DNA of 64,000 bases from Nevskiales bacterium (GCA_050740255.1 JBOICV010000150.1:22048-86047); one strand, 5' to 3'; positions 24,635 to 33,696 are shown, counted from the first letter of the stretch. Notes: generated by a model not told the origin, from the letters alone. Translations and numbers: made by a program.

Positions 24635-26824
24635 ATGGAAGATGTCACTCCCCTTATTGAGAATCTCAATGACGCCCAACGCGAGGCCGTAACGGCCCCG
24701 GTGGGGCATTTGCTGGTGCTGGCCGGCGCCGGCAGCGGCAAGACCCGTGTGCTGACGCACCGGATCGCCTGGCTGGTACACGTCGAGAAGGCTTCGCCTT
24801 ACTCGGTGCTGGCGGTGACCTTCACCAATAAGGCGGCGCACGAGATGCGCTCGCGCATCGAGCATCTGGTGGATGTACCGGTGCAGGCGCTGTGGGTCGG
24901 CACGTTTCATGGGCTCGCACATCGGCTGCTGCGCCAGCATTGGCAGGAGGCGCGGTTGCCGCAGGCCTTCCAGATTCTGGACGGCGAGGATCAGCTCCGT
25001 CTGATCAAGCGGGTATTGCGCGCACAGCAGATTGACGAGGAGCGCTGGCCGCCGCGGCTTTGCGCCAGTTTCATCAATGGCAATAAAGACGAAGGCCGGC
25101 GCCCGCAGCATCTCTCCCCGACCGGCGACTATGCGCGCGACACGCTGCTGCGCGTCTATCAGGCCTATGAAGAGGCCTGCGCGACCGCCGGTGTGGTGGA
25201 CTTCGCGGAGTTGTTGCTGCGTGCACATGAACTGCTGCGCGACAACGCCGAATTGCAAGCGCACTACCGGCGGCGTTTCCGCCACATTCTGGTGGATGAG
25301 TTCCAGGACACCAACAGCCTGCAATACGCCTGGGTGCGCCTGCTGGCCGGCCCTTCTATTGAAAACGGGGGCGGTTGCGTGTTCGTAGTGGGTGACGACG
25401 ACCAGAGCATTTATTCCTGGCGCGGCGCCAAGGTCGGCAACATCCTGCGTTTCGAGAAGGACTATGCCGGCGCCAGGTTGATTCGCCTGGAGCAGAACTA
25501 CCGCTCCACCGGCACCATCCTGAAAGCGGCGAACGCGCTGATCGCACACAACAGCGGCCGCATGGGAAAAAACCTCTGGACCGAAGGACGTGATGGGGAA
25601 CCGATCGAGCTCTACGCGGCCTTCAACGAGTACGACGAGGTGCACTACGTGCTCGGCCGCATCCGCGGCTGGCTGGACGGCGGCGGCAAGCGCAGCGACG
25701 TCGCCATTTTGTATCGCTCCAATGCCCAGTCGCGCGTATTCGAAGAGGCACTGATCCGCGAGGACATGCCTTACCGGGTATACGGCGGTCTGCGCTTCTT
25801 CGAGCGCGCGGAGATCAAGGACGCGCTGGCCTATCTGCGTCTGGTCGCCAACCGCGACGACGATCCCGCCTTCGAACGCATCGTGAATCTGCCGACGCGC
25901 GGCATCGGCAATACCACGCTGGACAAGCTGCGCGCCGCTGGCCGTGCCAGCGGTATTTCGCTCTGGCGTGCCGCGCAGCAAATGCTAAGCATTGGCGGCA
26001 GAAGTGCCGGCGCGCTGCAGGTCTTCCTGGATCTGATTGACCGGCTGATGGCGGATACCCAGACGATGAGCTTGAGCGAGCAGGTATTGCACATCGTCGA
26101 ACACAGCGGACTGATTGCGCACTACCAGAAGGAAAAAGGCCAGGCAGGCGAGGCACGGGTGGAGAACCTGGAGGAGCTGGCCAATGCCGCGCGCGGTTTC
26201 GAGCAGGGTGAAGAAGGCACCAATCCGCTGAATGAATTCCTGGGGCATGCGGCACTGGAGGCGGGTGAGATGCAGGCCGGCGCCTGGGACGACTGCGTGC
26301 AGCTCATGACCCTGCACTCCGCCAAGGGTCTGGAGTTTCCGCTGGTCTTTCTGGTCGGGCTGGAGGAGGGCTTATTCCCGCACCAGCGTTCGATTGAGGA
26401 TGAAAACGGCCTGGAGGAGGAGCGCCGGCTGTGCTACGTCGGCATGACCCGCGCGCGTGAGCGCCTGCATCTGTCCTATGCCGAGGTGCGCCGCCTGCAC
26501 GGCGCCGAGAACTACGGCGCGCCCTCGCGTTTCCTGCGTGAGCTGCCGGCCAAGCTGTTGCTGGAAGTGCGCCCGCAGATCTCGGTGTCGCGGCCAAGCT
26601 ATCCGGCGCCGCGCAAAGCGATCGGCAGCAATTTCAACATCAAGGTAGCGGATGACGCCGTTGCGGGTTTCAAACTGGGTCAGCGCGTGCGTCACGCGAG
26701 CTTCGGTGAGGGCGTGATCCTGCAGTTCGAAGGCGACGGCGAGCGTGCGCGAGTGCAGGTCAGGTTTGGCAACACCGGTAGCAAGTGGTTGATGCTCGGT
26801 TATGCGAACCTCAGTGCGTTGTAA
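24635..26824 (+). CDS. uvrD: DNA helicase II UvrD
   Basis: MEDVTPLIENLNDAQREAV parallels the E. coli UvrD N-terminus. Walker A AGAGSGKT, DEFQDTN, QNYRS, TLHSAKGLEF, YVGMTRA. Confidence 0.95.
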   Translation: MEDVTPLIENLNDAQREAVTAPVGHLLVLAGAGSGKTRVLTHRIAWLVHVEKASPYSVLAVTFTNKAAHEMRSRIEHLVDVPVQALWVGTFHGLAHRLLRQHWQEARLPQAFQILDGEDQLRLIKRVLRAQQIDEERWPPRLCASFINGNKDEGRRPQHLSPTGDYARDTLLRVYQAYEEACATAGVVDFAELLLRAHELLRDNAELQAHYRRRFRHILVDEFQDTNSLQYAWVRLLAGPSIENGGGCVFVVGDDDQSIYSWRGAKVGNILRFEKDYAGARLIRLEQNYRSTGTILKAANALIAHNSGRMGKNLWTEGRDGEPIELYAAFNEYDEVHYVLGRIRGWLDGGGKRSDVAILYRSNAQSRVFEEALIREDMPYRVYGGLRFFERAEIKDALAYLRLVANRDDDPAFERIVNLPTRGIGNTTLDKLRAAGRASGISLWRAAQQMLSIGGRSAGALQVFLDLIDRLMADTQTMSLSEQVLHIVEHSGLIAHYQKEKGQAGEARVENLEELANAARGFEQGEEGTNPLNEFLGHAALEAGEMQAGAWDDCVQLMTLHSAKGLEFPLVFLVGLEEGLFPHQRSIEDENGLEEERRLCYVGMTRARERLHLSYAEVRRLHGAENYGAPSRFLRELPAKLLLEVRPQISVSRPSYPAPRKAIGSNFNIKVADDAVAGFKLGQRVRHASFGEGVILQFEGDGERARVQVRFGNTGSKWLMLGYANLSAL

Positions 26825-26966
26825 GCCCCTCACCCTTGCGTCGCGCCGCAATCCTGCTCCGCTTGCAAGCCCGGGCAGACCGTCCGTGGTCTACCCGCTC
26901 GTCGGGATCAAGCGATGCTTGATCTTGTTCCGCCTCGCCCTCTCCCCGCAAGCGGGGAGAGGGGAT
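26825..26966. repeat. Extended family C-type element
   Basis: GCCCCTCACCC at the left end, and CCCTCTCCCCGCAAGCGGGGAGAGGGG hairpin at the right end. Fills the uvrD / hydrolase convergent gap. Confidence 0.7.
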
Positions 26967-26982
26967 CAGGAAGAATGATTTA

Positions 26983-27891
26983 TCAGATGGCGAGAAACTG
27001 CGCGAGATTCCACTGGAATTTGACCGGCTCGTCTATCATCGGCACATGGCCGGAGCGCTCGAAGCGCACCACGCGCGCATGTGGCACCTGCGAGCGGATG
27101 AATATCTGTCCTGCGGCCGGATACATGCGTGAGCGCATGCCAACCATGACCGTCATCGGCGTCTGAATCTGCGCGAGTGTGTCGCGCATATCGTAATCCT
27201 CGTCCATATACGCGCGCAGGCACTGGATATAGGCGTACCAGTTGCGCACCGGAATCAGGCGCGTCATCAGGCGCTCATAGTCCTTGAGCCGCTGCGCCAG
27301 AAAACGGTGATAAGGCTTGTTGAAGGCATAGCAGAAGAAATCCGCGAGACTCTCGCGCATGCGCCGGCGCACGTCTTCCGGCAGCCGCCAATACGGCGTT
27401 TGCGGACCATAGCTCTCAGCTTCGCGCACCAGCTCGCGCATGCGCTGGAACTCACGCCGTTGCATGTGACCGAACAGACCTAAATCCCAGGTGCCGGCGT
27501 TGCGCGACTGCGGCGACTGATCTATGTGCAGATATTTGCCGACGCGGTCGAACTTGCCCATGCGGTTCAGTTGCAGCCCGGTGTAAGCGCCCATCGAAAT
27601 TCCGCCGAGCATTACTTTGTGTATGCCGAAGTAGTTGAGGATATCTTCCACGTCCTCGGCGTGGTTGCGCAGGATGTCCGGCTGGTTGAAGGCCACGTCG
27701 TGCGAACGGCCGAAACCGCGCAAGTCCGGGAGGATGAAACGGTAGCGGTGCGCCAGCGGCAGCGCGAACGGTAACCAATGCAGCGAATGCATGGCAAAAC
27801 CATGCAGCAACATCACCGGCCGGCCGCGGCCGATCACGCGTACGTAGAGCTGTTCGTTATCGCGCAGCCGGACGAGGCTCATTCCGGACAA
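26983..27891 (-). CDS. Alpha/beta-fold hydrolase
   Basis: HGF oxyanion region (MLLHGFAM), nucleophile elbow GGISMGA, and C-terminal His region (SGHVPMIDEP). Confidence 0.8.
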   Translation of the reverse strand: MSGMSLVRLRDNEQLYVRVIGRGRPVMLLHGFAMHSLHWLPFALPLAHRYRFILPDLRGFGRSHDVAFNQPDILRNHAEDVEDILNYFGIHKVMLGGISMGAYTGLQLNRMGKFDRVGKYLHIDQSPQSRNAGTWDLGLFGHMQRREFQRMRELVREAESYGPQTPYWRLPEDVRRRMRESLADFFCYAFNKPYHRFLAQRLKDYERLMTRLIPVRNWYAYIQCLRAYMDEDYDMRDTLAQIQTPMTVMVGMRSRMYPAAGQIFIRSQVPHARVVRFERSGHVPMIDEPVKFQWNLAQFLAI

Positions 27892-27892
27892 T

Positions 27893-28375
27893 TCATGCCG
27901 GGACCTTGGGATCGCGCGAAATCTTTACACGGATATCGGCGTGCACGACCTCCACGCCATCACGGTCCAGAATTCGCACCGGTACGATCATGGTCTGCTC
28001 CACTTCCCAGTCCAGGTTCGCCGGCAATTGCGCGATCGCGCGCAGGTCACTATTGGCTTTCTTCAGGTACTGCACGTCCATGCCGGCGGGGATCCAGCGG
28101 ATGTGCGCGGGCCGGCTCAAATCCACCATGACGCCCATCGCGTATTCGGCCAGATTGCAGCAGGCGATCGCGTGCACCGTGCCGATATGGTTATGCACCG
28201 ACCAGCGCTTCTTCATGGCCACTTCGATATGGCCGGGACGGAATTCGATGATGCGCGGGCGGATGGTGCGGAAGTAGGGCGCCTTAAAGCTGGCGGCTTT
28301 GGAAAACAGCCATTTCCCTTTGGGCAGTTTCTCGAACTTCTGGTAGAGCGCGAGACTCGCGTTCTTGGACGGCAT
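27893..28375 (-). CDS. Hotdog-fold thioesterase-like protein (DUF4442/YiiD C-terminal-like)
   Basis: Start at internal Met 28375 (MPSKNASLALYQKF...). 160 aa. Its stop abuts the hydrolase start. The family call is from recollection of the motif NHIGTVHAIA. Confidence 0.6.
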   Translation of the reverse strand: MPSKNASLALYQKFEKLPKGKWLFSKAASFKAPYFRTIRPRIIEFRPGHIEVAMKKRWSVHNHIGTVHAIACCNLAEYAMGVMVDLSRPAHIRWIPAGMDVQYLKKANSDLRAIAQLPANLDWEVEQTMIVPVRILDRDGVEVVHADIRVKISRDPKVPA

Positions 28376-28529
28376 TCTTTCCTTCTCCCGGCACGCCGGT
28401 AACGCGGCGTACCCCTCTCGGTCAATATGGCCTGTGCAGACGCAAAAATCAAACGAGTGGTAATTTTCGTTACGGTGCGACACTCTGCCGCATTCCCAGC
28501 GCTGCCCGCACTTCCTAGAATGCGCGGCC

Positions 28530-29408
28530 ATGCGCTTTCTCCTGCTGCTGATATTTCTTGCCGCGCCCGCGGCCAGTTACGCCTGCGCGACCTGTCTCTG
28601 CGGTGACCCCAGCATCACCACGCTCGGCACGGAAAAGCCCTTCAAAGGCCGCATGCGCGGCAGCGTGGAATATCTGACGCGTAGCGAGACGGTTGGCACG
28701 TCTGGAGTCAGCGAGCATGAAATCGAAGAAGGCCGCGTGACTTATAGTTTCAGCTACGCGCCTAGCGACCGTTGGATTCTGGGCGTAAGCCTGCCCTTCG
28801 TGCGCAAGCACCTCGAACGCTTCGATCTTTCCGAAGAACAGGCCGATGATTTGGGCGACGCGGATTTGTCGGCACGCTGGTTCTTGGGTACCGACGAGCG
28901 CTTTCCCGCGCGCCGACTGTGGGGGCTGCAGTTCGGCCTGCGCCTGCCGACGTCCGCCGAACAAAAGAGCAATGGCCAGCCCATTGATTTCGATGCCCAG
29001 CCCGGCGCTGGCGCGATCATTCCCAGCGCGGGCGCCTGGTACGGCTACTACCGTCTGCCCTGGCTGTTGTACGGCAGCGCTATCGGACAAATTGCTGCGG
29101 ACGAAGGCTATCAGGGTTTTGAGGCGGGCAATGTATTGCTGCTCACCGGCTTGTCGCAGTACGGCTTACATCAGAAGCTCGCCCTGCAGCTCAGTCTGGA
29201 CGCGCGCCTGAAAGAAAAAGACCGTTTCGACGACGGCAGCGATCCCGACTCCGGCGGCCTGCTGGTGATGGTGACGCCGGGGGTGGCTTGGACCGTGATC
29301 ACCGATTTGATCGTAAACGTCGCCTATCAGATTCCGGCCGTCGAGGACTTGAACGGCGAACAGGAAGAAGACGGCGTATTCCGTTTGGGAGTGACCTATG
29401 ACTTTTAA
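28530..29408 (+). CDS. Outer-membrane beta-barrel protein (MetA-pathway/transporter-like) with N-terminal CxxCxC motif
   Basis: Signal peptide, then a mature N-terminus CATCLCGDP. Alternating amphipathic strands. GDADLSARWFLG-type motif. C-terminal ...FRLGVTYDF with a terminal aromatic residue. Confidence 0.55.
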   Translation: MRFLLLLIFLAAPAASYACATCLCGDPSITTLGTEKPFKGRMRGSVEYLTRSETVGTSGVSEHEIEEGRVTYSFSYAPSDRWILGVSLPFVRKHLERFDLSEEQADDLGDADLSARWFLGTDERFPARRLWGLQFGLRLPTSAEQKSNGQPIDFDAQPGAGAIIPSAGAWYGYYRLPWLLYGSAIGQIAADEGYQGFEAGNVLLLTGLSQYGLHQKLALQLSLDARLKEKDRFDDGSDPDSGGLLVMVTPGVAWTVITDLIVNVAYQIPAVEDLNGEQEEDGVFRLGVTYDF

Positions 29409-30396
29409 GCGTGCGACTTATCCCGCGTTGGTTCTCGGCGCTGTGTTTACCCTGAGCGCTTGCCCGGGCGGCAGCGGCGACAGCAGTATCGAGCCGGGAA
29501 TTTCGGTTCGCTTCGCCGAGGTGCATATGGAGTCCAAGGACGGCGAAGGGCATCACGCCAAGCAGACAACAGCAGCGAGCGCGAGCACCGCGCCGGAGGA
29601 TGATTTCAAGCACGGCGGCTCCCATGGCGGCGGCTACAACCACGATGGGCTGGAGCATCGTCACGCGAGCGACACGAATGGCAAAGGCCTGTCGCTATAC
29701 CGGATTTACCTGGTGCTGAATCAGTTGCAACTCGTGCAGTGCGCCAGTGTCGCGCGCGTGCCCGGCCTGTTACTGGACAGGCTATTGGGCGTGGCCTATG
29801 CGCATGGTGGCAATGCTCCCGGCCCGGTAGGCGGCCGCGCACTCGACCAACCCAATGTCATTGACTTGATGGCGCTAGACGATCAAACGCTGGTCCTGGG
29901 TGATGCCGCGCTGGCGCCCGGGCGCTATTGCGGCGTGCGCGTTTCACTCGTGCGTCTGGCCGGAGGGGCCTACGGCAAGCCGGAGTTTGTCGCGGATGAA
30001 GGCGATCCGCCGGTGCCCGGCCATCCGGATATGGCCGGCAAAGCCTTCGCCATCAAGGCTGACTACTGCAGCCAGCGCGGCCTCCCCACGGAAACCGTGC
30101 CCAACGGTCCCTGTATAGAACGTGCGACCGCGGATGTCATTGACGATGGGTCCGCGGTCATCCCCGCATTTGTGGAAATGAGTTTTGACCATCCGCTCGT
30201 ACTGAGCAGCGATAACCGCAAGGGCCACATGCGTCTCGGCATCGCATACGGCGGTTGGGTACACGACGTGGATATCACTAAGCTCGGCAGCGACCCCGCC
30301 GAACGCCAGAAGGTGCTGAACAACATCCTGGCTTCGGTGCATGTCGATGCCGCCGGACTAGGGCCGCTGCCGGCCGATCCGCCGCACGAGCCATAG
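29398..30396 (+). CDS. Lipoprotein with His-rich N-terminal region (DUF4382-like body, tentative)
   Basis: Lipobox TLSAC. Residues ~42-89 hold 10 His in a G/D/E-rich context (HMESKDGEGHH...KHGGSHGGGYNHDGLEHRH). Overlaps the barrel gene by 11 nt. Confidence 0.5.
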   Translation: MTFKRATYPALVLGAVFTLSACPGGSGDSSIEPGISVRFAEVHMESKDGEGHHAKQTTAASASTAPEDDFKHGGSHGGGYNHDGLEHRHASDTNGKGLSLYRIYLVLNQLQLVQCASVARVPGLLLDRLLGVAYAHGGNAPGPVGGRALDQPNVIDLMALDDQTLVLGDAALAPGRYCGVRVSLVRLAGGAYGKPEFVADEGDPPVPGHPDMAGKAFAIKADYCSQRGLPTETVPNGPCIERATADVIDDGSAVIPAFVEMSFDHPLVLSSDNRKGHMRLGIAYGGWVHDVDITKLGSDPAERQKVLNNILASVHVDAAGLGPLPADPPHEP

Positions 30397-30413
30397 GAGC
30401 ACAGAAAGTCGTG

Positions 30414-30510
30414 CCGTTCGTGCTTCGATACCTCAGCACGAACGGAAATTCTTTCTCGACACACCGAACAGATCTCCACCGTTCGCCCTGAGGTATCGAA
30501 GGGCGAACGG
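30414..30510. repeat. Pair of family D hairpins in opposite orientation
   Basis: CCGTTCGTGCTTCGATACCTCAGCACGAACGG and CCGTTCGCCCTGAGGTATCGAAGGGCGAACGG. The loops are reverse complements of each other. Confidence 0.85.
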
Positions 30511-30539
30511 CGGCGTTTCCGCCAGTTACACTTAGCTGC

Positions 30540-31877
30540 ATGTCCTCCGCTGCCATGTCGGCACCGCCACCGAGCCCACCGGGCCATTGGCTATTCGGTC
30601 ACCTGCTCTCCTTTCGCAAGGATGTGCTTGGCAATCTCGCGCGCTGGTCTACGCTCGGGCCGGTCGTGCAACTGCGCTTGCTGAACAAGCCCGCGTATCT
30701 GATCAATGAGCCGGCGCTGATTGAATATCCGCTGGTTTCGAATCACAGAAACTACATCAAGAACCAGTTTTTCTGGCGCCATGTGAAGCCACTGGTCGGC
30801 AACGGCCTGCTCACCTCCGAGGGCGATTTCTGGCGCCGTCAGCGGCGGCTCTCGGCGCCGGCCTTCCATGCGCCGCGCATCGCCGAGTATGGACAGGTGA
30901 TGGTGGATTACACGCTGCGCGAAATGCAGCGCTGGCGCCCGGACGAAACACGCGACCTGCACCGCGACATGATGGCGCTGACTTCCAAGATCGTGGCCAA
31001 GACCTTATTCGACGATGACCATGTGGAAGGCGATCTCGGCGAAGTCGGCGCGGCCATGGACACCATGGTCGAGGAGATTGCGCAGCGCCTGGTGCTGCCG
31101 TTCAAGCTGCCGGACTGGCTGCCGATGCAGCGCCGTTATTTCGCTGCCATCGCGAGCCTGCACACCGTGGTGGAGCGCTTCATCGCCGATCATCGCGCGG
31201 CGCCGCAGCCGAAGAACACCCTGCTCGGCATGCTGATGGCGGCGCGCGACGAAGACGGAGCCGCGATGTCGGATCGGCAGTTGCGCGATGAGTCCATCAC
31301 GCTGTTCCTGGCCGGTCATGAGACCACCGCAATTACCCTGTCCTGGACGCTGTGGTTGCTGTCGCAACACCCCGAGGTCGAAGCGCAGCTTGCTGATGAA
31401 CTGCGCAGCCTCCACGGGCAGCCGCCGCAGGTCGGCGATCTGCCGCGGCTACGTTACACGGACTGGGTGGTGAAGGAATCCATGCGGCTTTACCCGCCCG
31501 CCTATCTGATCGGCCGCGAAGCGGTCAACGCGGATAGCATCGGCGGCCACGCCATTCCGGCAGGCGCCGTTATTTATCTGTCGGCCTGGGCCTTGCATCG
31601 CAATCCCTTGCATTTTCCCGAACCGCTGCGCTTTAGCCCTGAACGTTGGGGTAATGATCTCGAAAAACGCCTGCCGCGCTTCGCTTATATGCCCTTCGGC
31701 GGCGGACCGAGAACCTGCATCGGCGATCGCTTCGCGGTGATGGAAGCGGTTTTGATTCTGGCGGCGTTGATCCAGCGCTACCACTTCAGCTACGCTGCCG
31801 AAAAAGCGCCGACGCCTTACCCTTCAATCACCCTGCGCCCCATGCAGGGTGTGCCGATGACCCTTGCGTTGCGCTAG
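30540..31877 (+). CDS. Cytochrome P450
   Basis: Heme-binding loop FGGGPRTCIGDRF, I-helix LAGHETT, ExxR (ESMR). Confidence 0.93.
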   Translation: MSSAAMSAPPPSPPGHWLFGHLLSFRKDVLGNLARWSTLGPVVQLRLLNKPAYLINEPALIEYPLVSNHRNYIKNQFFWRHVKPLVGNGLLTSEGDFWRRQRRLSAPAFHAPRIAEYGQVMVDYTLREMQRWRPDETRDLHRDMMALTSKIVAKTLFDDDHVEGDLGEVGAAMDTMVEEIAQRLVLPFKLPDWLPMQRRYFAAIASLHTVVERFIADHRAAPQPKNTLLGMLMAARDEDGAAMSDRQLRDESITLFLAGHETTAITLSWTLWLLSQHPEVEAQLADELRSLHGQPPQVGDLPRLRYTDWVVKESMRLYPPAYLIGREAVNADSIGGHAIPAGAVIYLSAWALHRNPLHFPEPLRFSPERWGNDLEKRLPRFAYMPFGGGPRTCIGDRFAVMEAVLILAALIQRYHFSYAAEKAPTPYPSITLRPMQGVPMTLALR

Positions 31878-31885
31878 TTTTCTGC

Positions 31886-31933
31886 CCGTTCGCCCTGAGG
31901 TATCGAAGCCTGTCCTGAGTTCGTCGAAGGAGG
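31886..31933. repeat. Family D composite unit
   Basis: CCGTTCGCCCTGAGGTATCGAAG fused to CCTGTCCTGAGTTCGTCGAAGGAGG. Confidence 0.8.
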
Positions 31934-31938
31934 CGAGG

Positions 31939-32880
31939 CTACATCGGCACCAGATCGCCGGCGTAACCCGCGCAGATACCGCCTGCCCCCACATTGACCA
32001 CGGCGGTGGCGCTCATGATGGAAAGCATCAGCGTCAGCTCGCGTTCCTGACAGGCGCGCTCCAGTTCCGCGTAACCCGCCATATTGCGCACCTCGTCCAG
32101 ATCGCCGCCATAGCTCACCACCACATATTTGGACAAAAGATTGGCGGTTTTCACCGACTTTGCGATATGCAAGAGCATCTTTTCCACCGCGCCGTCGTAA
32201 CCGCGTACCTTGGCAACAGGCTTGGTATCTTCCCTGTAAATGCCGAGTACCGGTTTGATGTCGAGCGCGGTGCCGATCAGATAAGTCGCCAGTCCAACGC
32301 TCTTCTCGCCGCGGCTTAGCGCACGGATGCGGATATAGGCCAGATCGGCGGGCACGAAATAGCCGACTACGTTGGGGATTAGCTGATCGAGGTTGGCGCG
32401 GATTTCGTTGGGCTGCAAACCCTCTTGCGCCATGCGTACCGTCTCGGCAGCGACCAGGCCGACGCCGCAGAACAAGGTCTTGGAGTCAATCACGCGCATG
32501 GAAAAAGGCCCGGTGACGCCGGCGGCGCTGCGGGTCTTCCGATAGGTCGAAAGAATCGCAAAGGACGCCTTGGTCGCGTTCTCGTAGACGTGGCTGCGCT
32601 TGCTCCAGACCGTGATGCAGAACACGAAGTCGTAGTCCAGCACCAGCCGCTCGAGAAAGACTTTTTGTATCGCATCCACCGAGAACGGCGAGGTCTCGGC
32701 GTCATGGCTCTTGTCGCCGATGTGGCTGGAAAAGAAAGCCAGCGTGGCGTCAGGATCACGCTCGTCCACCAGAGTGTCCTGGCCGATGCGGATGCTATTC
32801 GGGAAAATCTTGACGCCGTGTTCCTCCATAAATTCCGGAGGCAAATCGCAACTGGAATCCACCACCACGCCGATCCGCAT
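31939..32880 (-). CDS. DegV-family fatty-acid-binding protein
   Basis: MRIGVVVDSSCDLP N-terminus, about 310 aa, DegV-like pattern throughout. Confidence 0.8.
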   Translation of the reverse strand: MRIGVVVDSSCDLPPEFMEEHGVKIFPNSIRIGQDTLVDERDPDATLAFFSSHIGDKSHDAETSPFSVDAIQKVFLERLVLDYDFVFCITVWSKRSHVYENATKASFAILSTYRKTRSAAGVTGPFSMRVIDSKTLFCGVGLVAAETVRMAQEGLQPNEIRANLDQLIPNVVGYFVPADLAYIRIRALSRGEKSVGLATYLIGTALDIKPVLGIYREDTKPVAKVRGYDGAVEKMLLHIAKSVKTANLLSKYVVVSYGGDLDEVRNMAGYAELERACQERELTLMLSIMSATAVVNVGAGGICAGYAGDLVPM

Positions 32881-32983
32881 AAGGCTCGCTCCTGCTCCAA
32901 CCGCCCGGGATTATTGATTTATCAACAGCTTAAACATACCCCAGCGGCCGCCGGCATGCCAGCATGAGGTCTATAATTACGGC

Positions 32984-33535
32984 ATGTTGATACCCAATAG
33001 CGAAGTCGTTACCACGCAGCGGGATTTCGTCGGCGTACTGGTCCCGCAGGGCGACAAGGTGCATATCCCGGCCGGCTCCGAGGTCGCCATCACCCAGGCG
33101 CTCGGCGGCAGTTTTACGCTATACATCCAGGGCCGCCTGTTCCGCGTGGACGGCAAGGATGCGGACGCGCTCGGCAAGGAAGTCGTCACCGGCCCGCAAT
33201 TGCCACCCGATGCCAGCGATGCCGACGTGGAAAAACTCATCTGGGAGCAGATGCGCACCTGCTACGACCCTGAAATTCCGGTGGACATCGTCGAGCTGGG
33301 TCTGGTTTACGAGTGCAAGATCGAGAAGGCCGAGAATGACGCACGCAAGGTCAACATCAAGATGACGCTCACCGCGCCAGGCTGCGGCATGGGCGATATT
33401 CTGGTCAACGATGTAAAGTCCAAGGTGGAAAAAATTCCAACGGTGAAGGAGGCGGACGTGCAGCTCGTATTCGATCCGCCCTGGCAACAAAGCATGATGA
33501 GCGAGGCGGCGCGGTTGCAGCTTGGCATGATGTAA
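32984..33535 (+). CDS. sufT: SufT-like Fe-S assembly protein (DUF59/MIP18 domain)
   Basis: 183 aa. N-terminal beta domain plus DUF59 core CYDPEIPVDIVELGLVY and TLTAPGCGMG. Confidence 0.75.
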   Translation: MLIPNSEVVTTQRDFVGVLVPQGDKVHIPAGSEVAITQALGGSFTLYIQGRLFRVDGKDADALGKEVVTGPQLPPDASDADVEKLIWEQMRTCYDPEIPVDIVELGLVYECKIEKAENDARKVNIKMTLTAPGCGMGDILVNDVKSKVEKIPTVKEADVQLVFDPPWQQSMMSEAARLQLGMM

Positions 33536-33536
33536 C

Positions 33537-33696
33537 TCGTCATGCCCGCGGGGTGGTGTCTCAGTTTGCCGTCACACCGGCGCAGGCCGGTGTCCATGGG
33601 CTTGGAAATACTGGATTCCGGCCCCCGGCCTAAAACACGCCGGGGCAGGCCCCGCCGGAATGACGAACTCGGGAATTCAGCGGCAAACTGAGACAC
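33537..33696. mobile_element. MITE-like element, family B (full-length copy with terminal inverted repeats)
   Basis: Perfect 16-nt inverted repeat GTGTCTCAGTTTGCCG (33556-33571) / CGGCAAACTGAGACAC (33681-33696). Internal CGTCATGCCCGC.../...GCCGGAATGACG arms. Confidence 0.85.

Noticed and set aside
24551-25981. 476-aa ORF antisense to uvrD. Similar long antisense ORFs lie at 59233-60540, 61514-62806, 55742-56449, 57003-57722 and 23071-23838.
   Set aside because: These are typical shadow ORFs of high-GC DNA. They are Arg/Ala/Gly/Pro-rich and have no motifs. In each case the opposite strand encodes a protein with unambiguous family signatures (UvrD, GluP, GH3, MFS, TBDT, sterol desaturase).
28376-28531. 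N-terminal extension of the hotdog thioesterase ORF (MAAHSRKCGQRWECGRVSHRNENYH...).
   Set aside because: It is Cys/His/Arg-rich with non-coding-like composition, and it overlaps the divergent promoter region of the barrel gene. The internal Met at 28375 gives a standard 160-aa hotdog protein.
32914-32925. Palindrome TTGAT-tt-ATCAA in the degV / sufT divergent spacer as a regulator site.
   Set aside because: It is only 5-bp arms in a short AT-rich stretch, so chance occurrence is likely and there is no second copy in the window. It is too weak to report as a feature.
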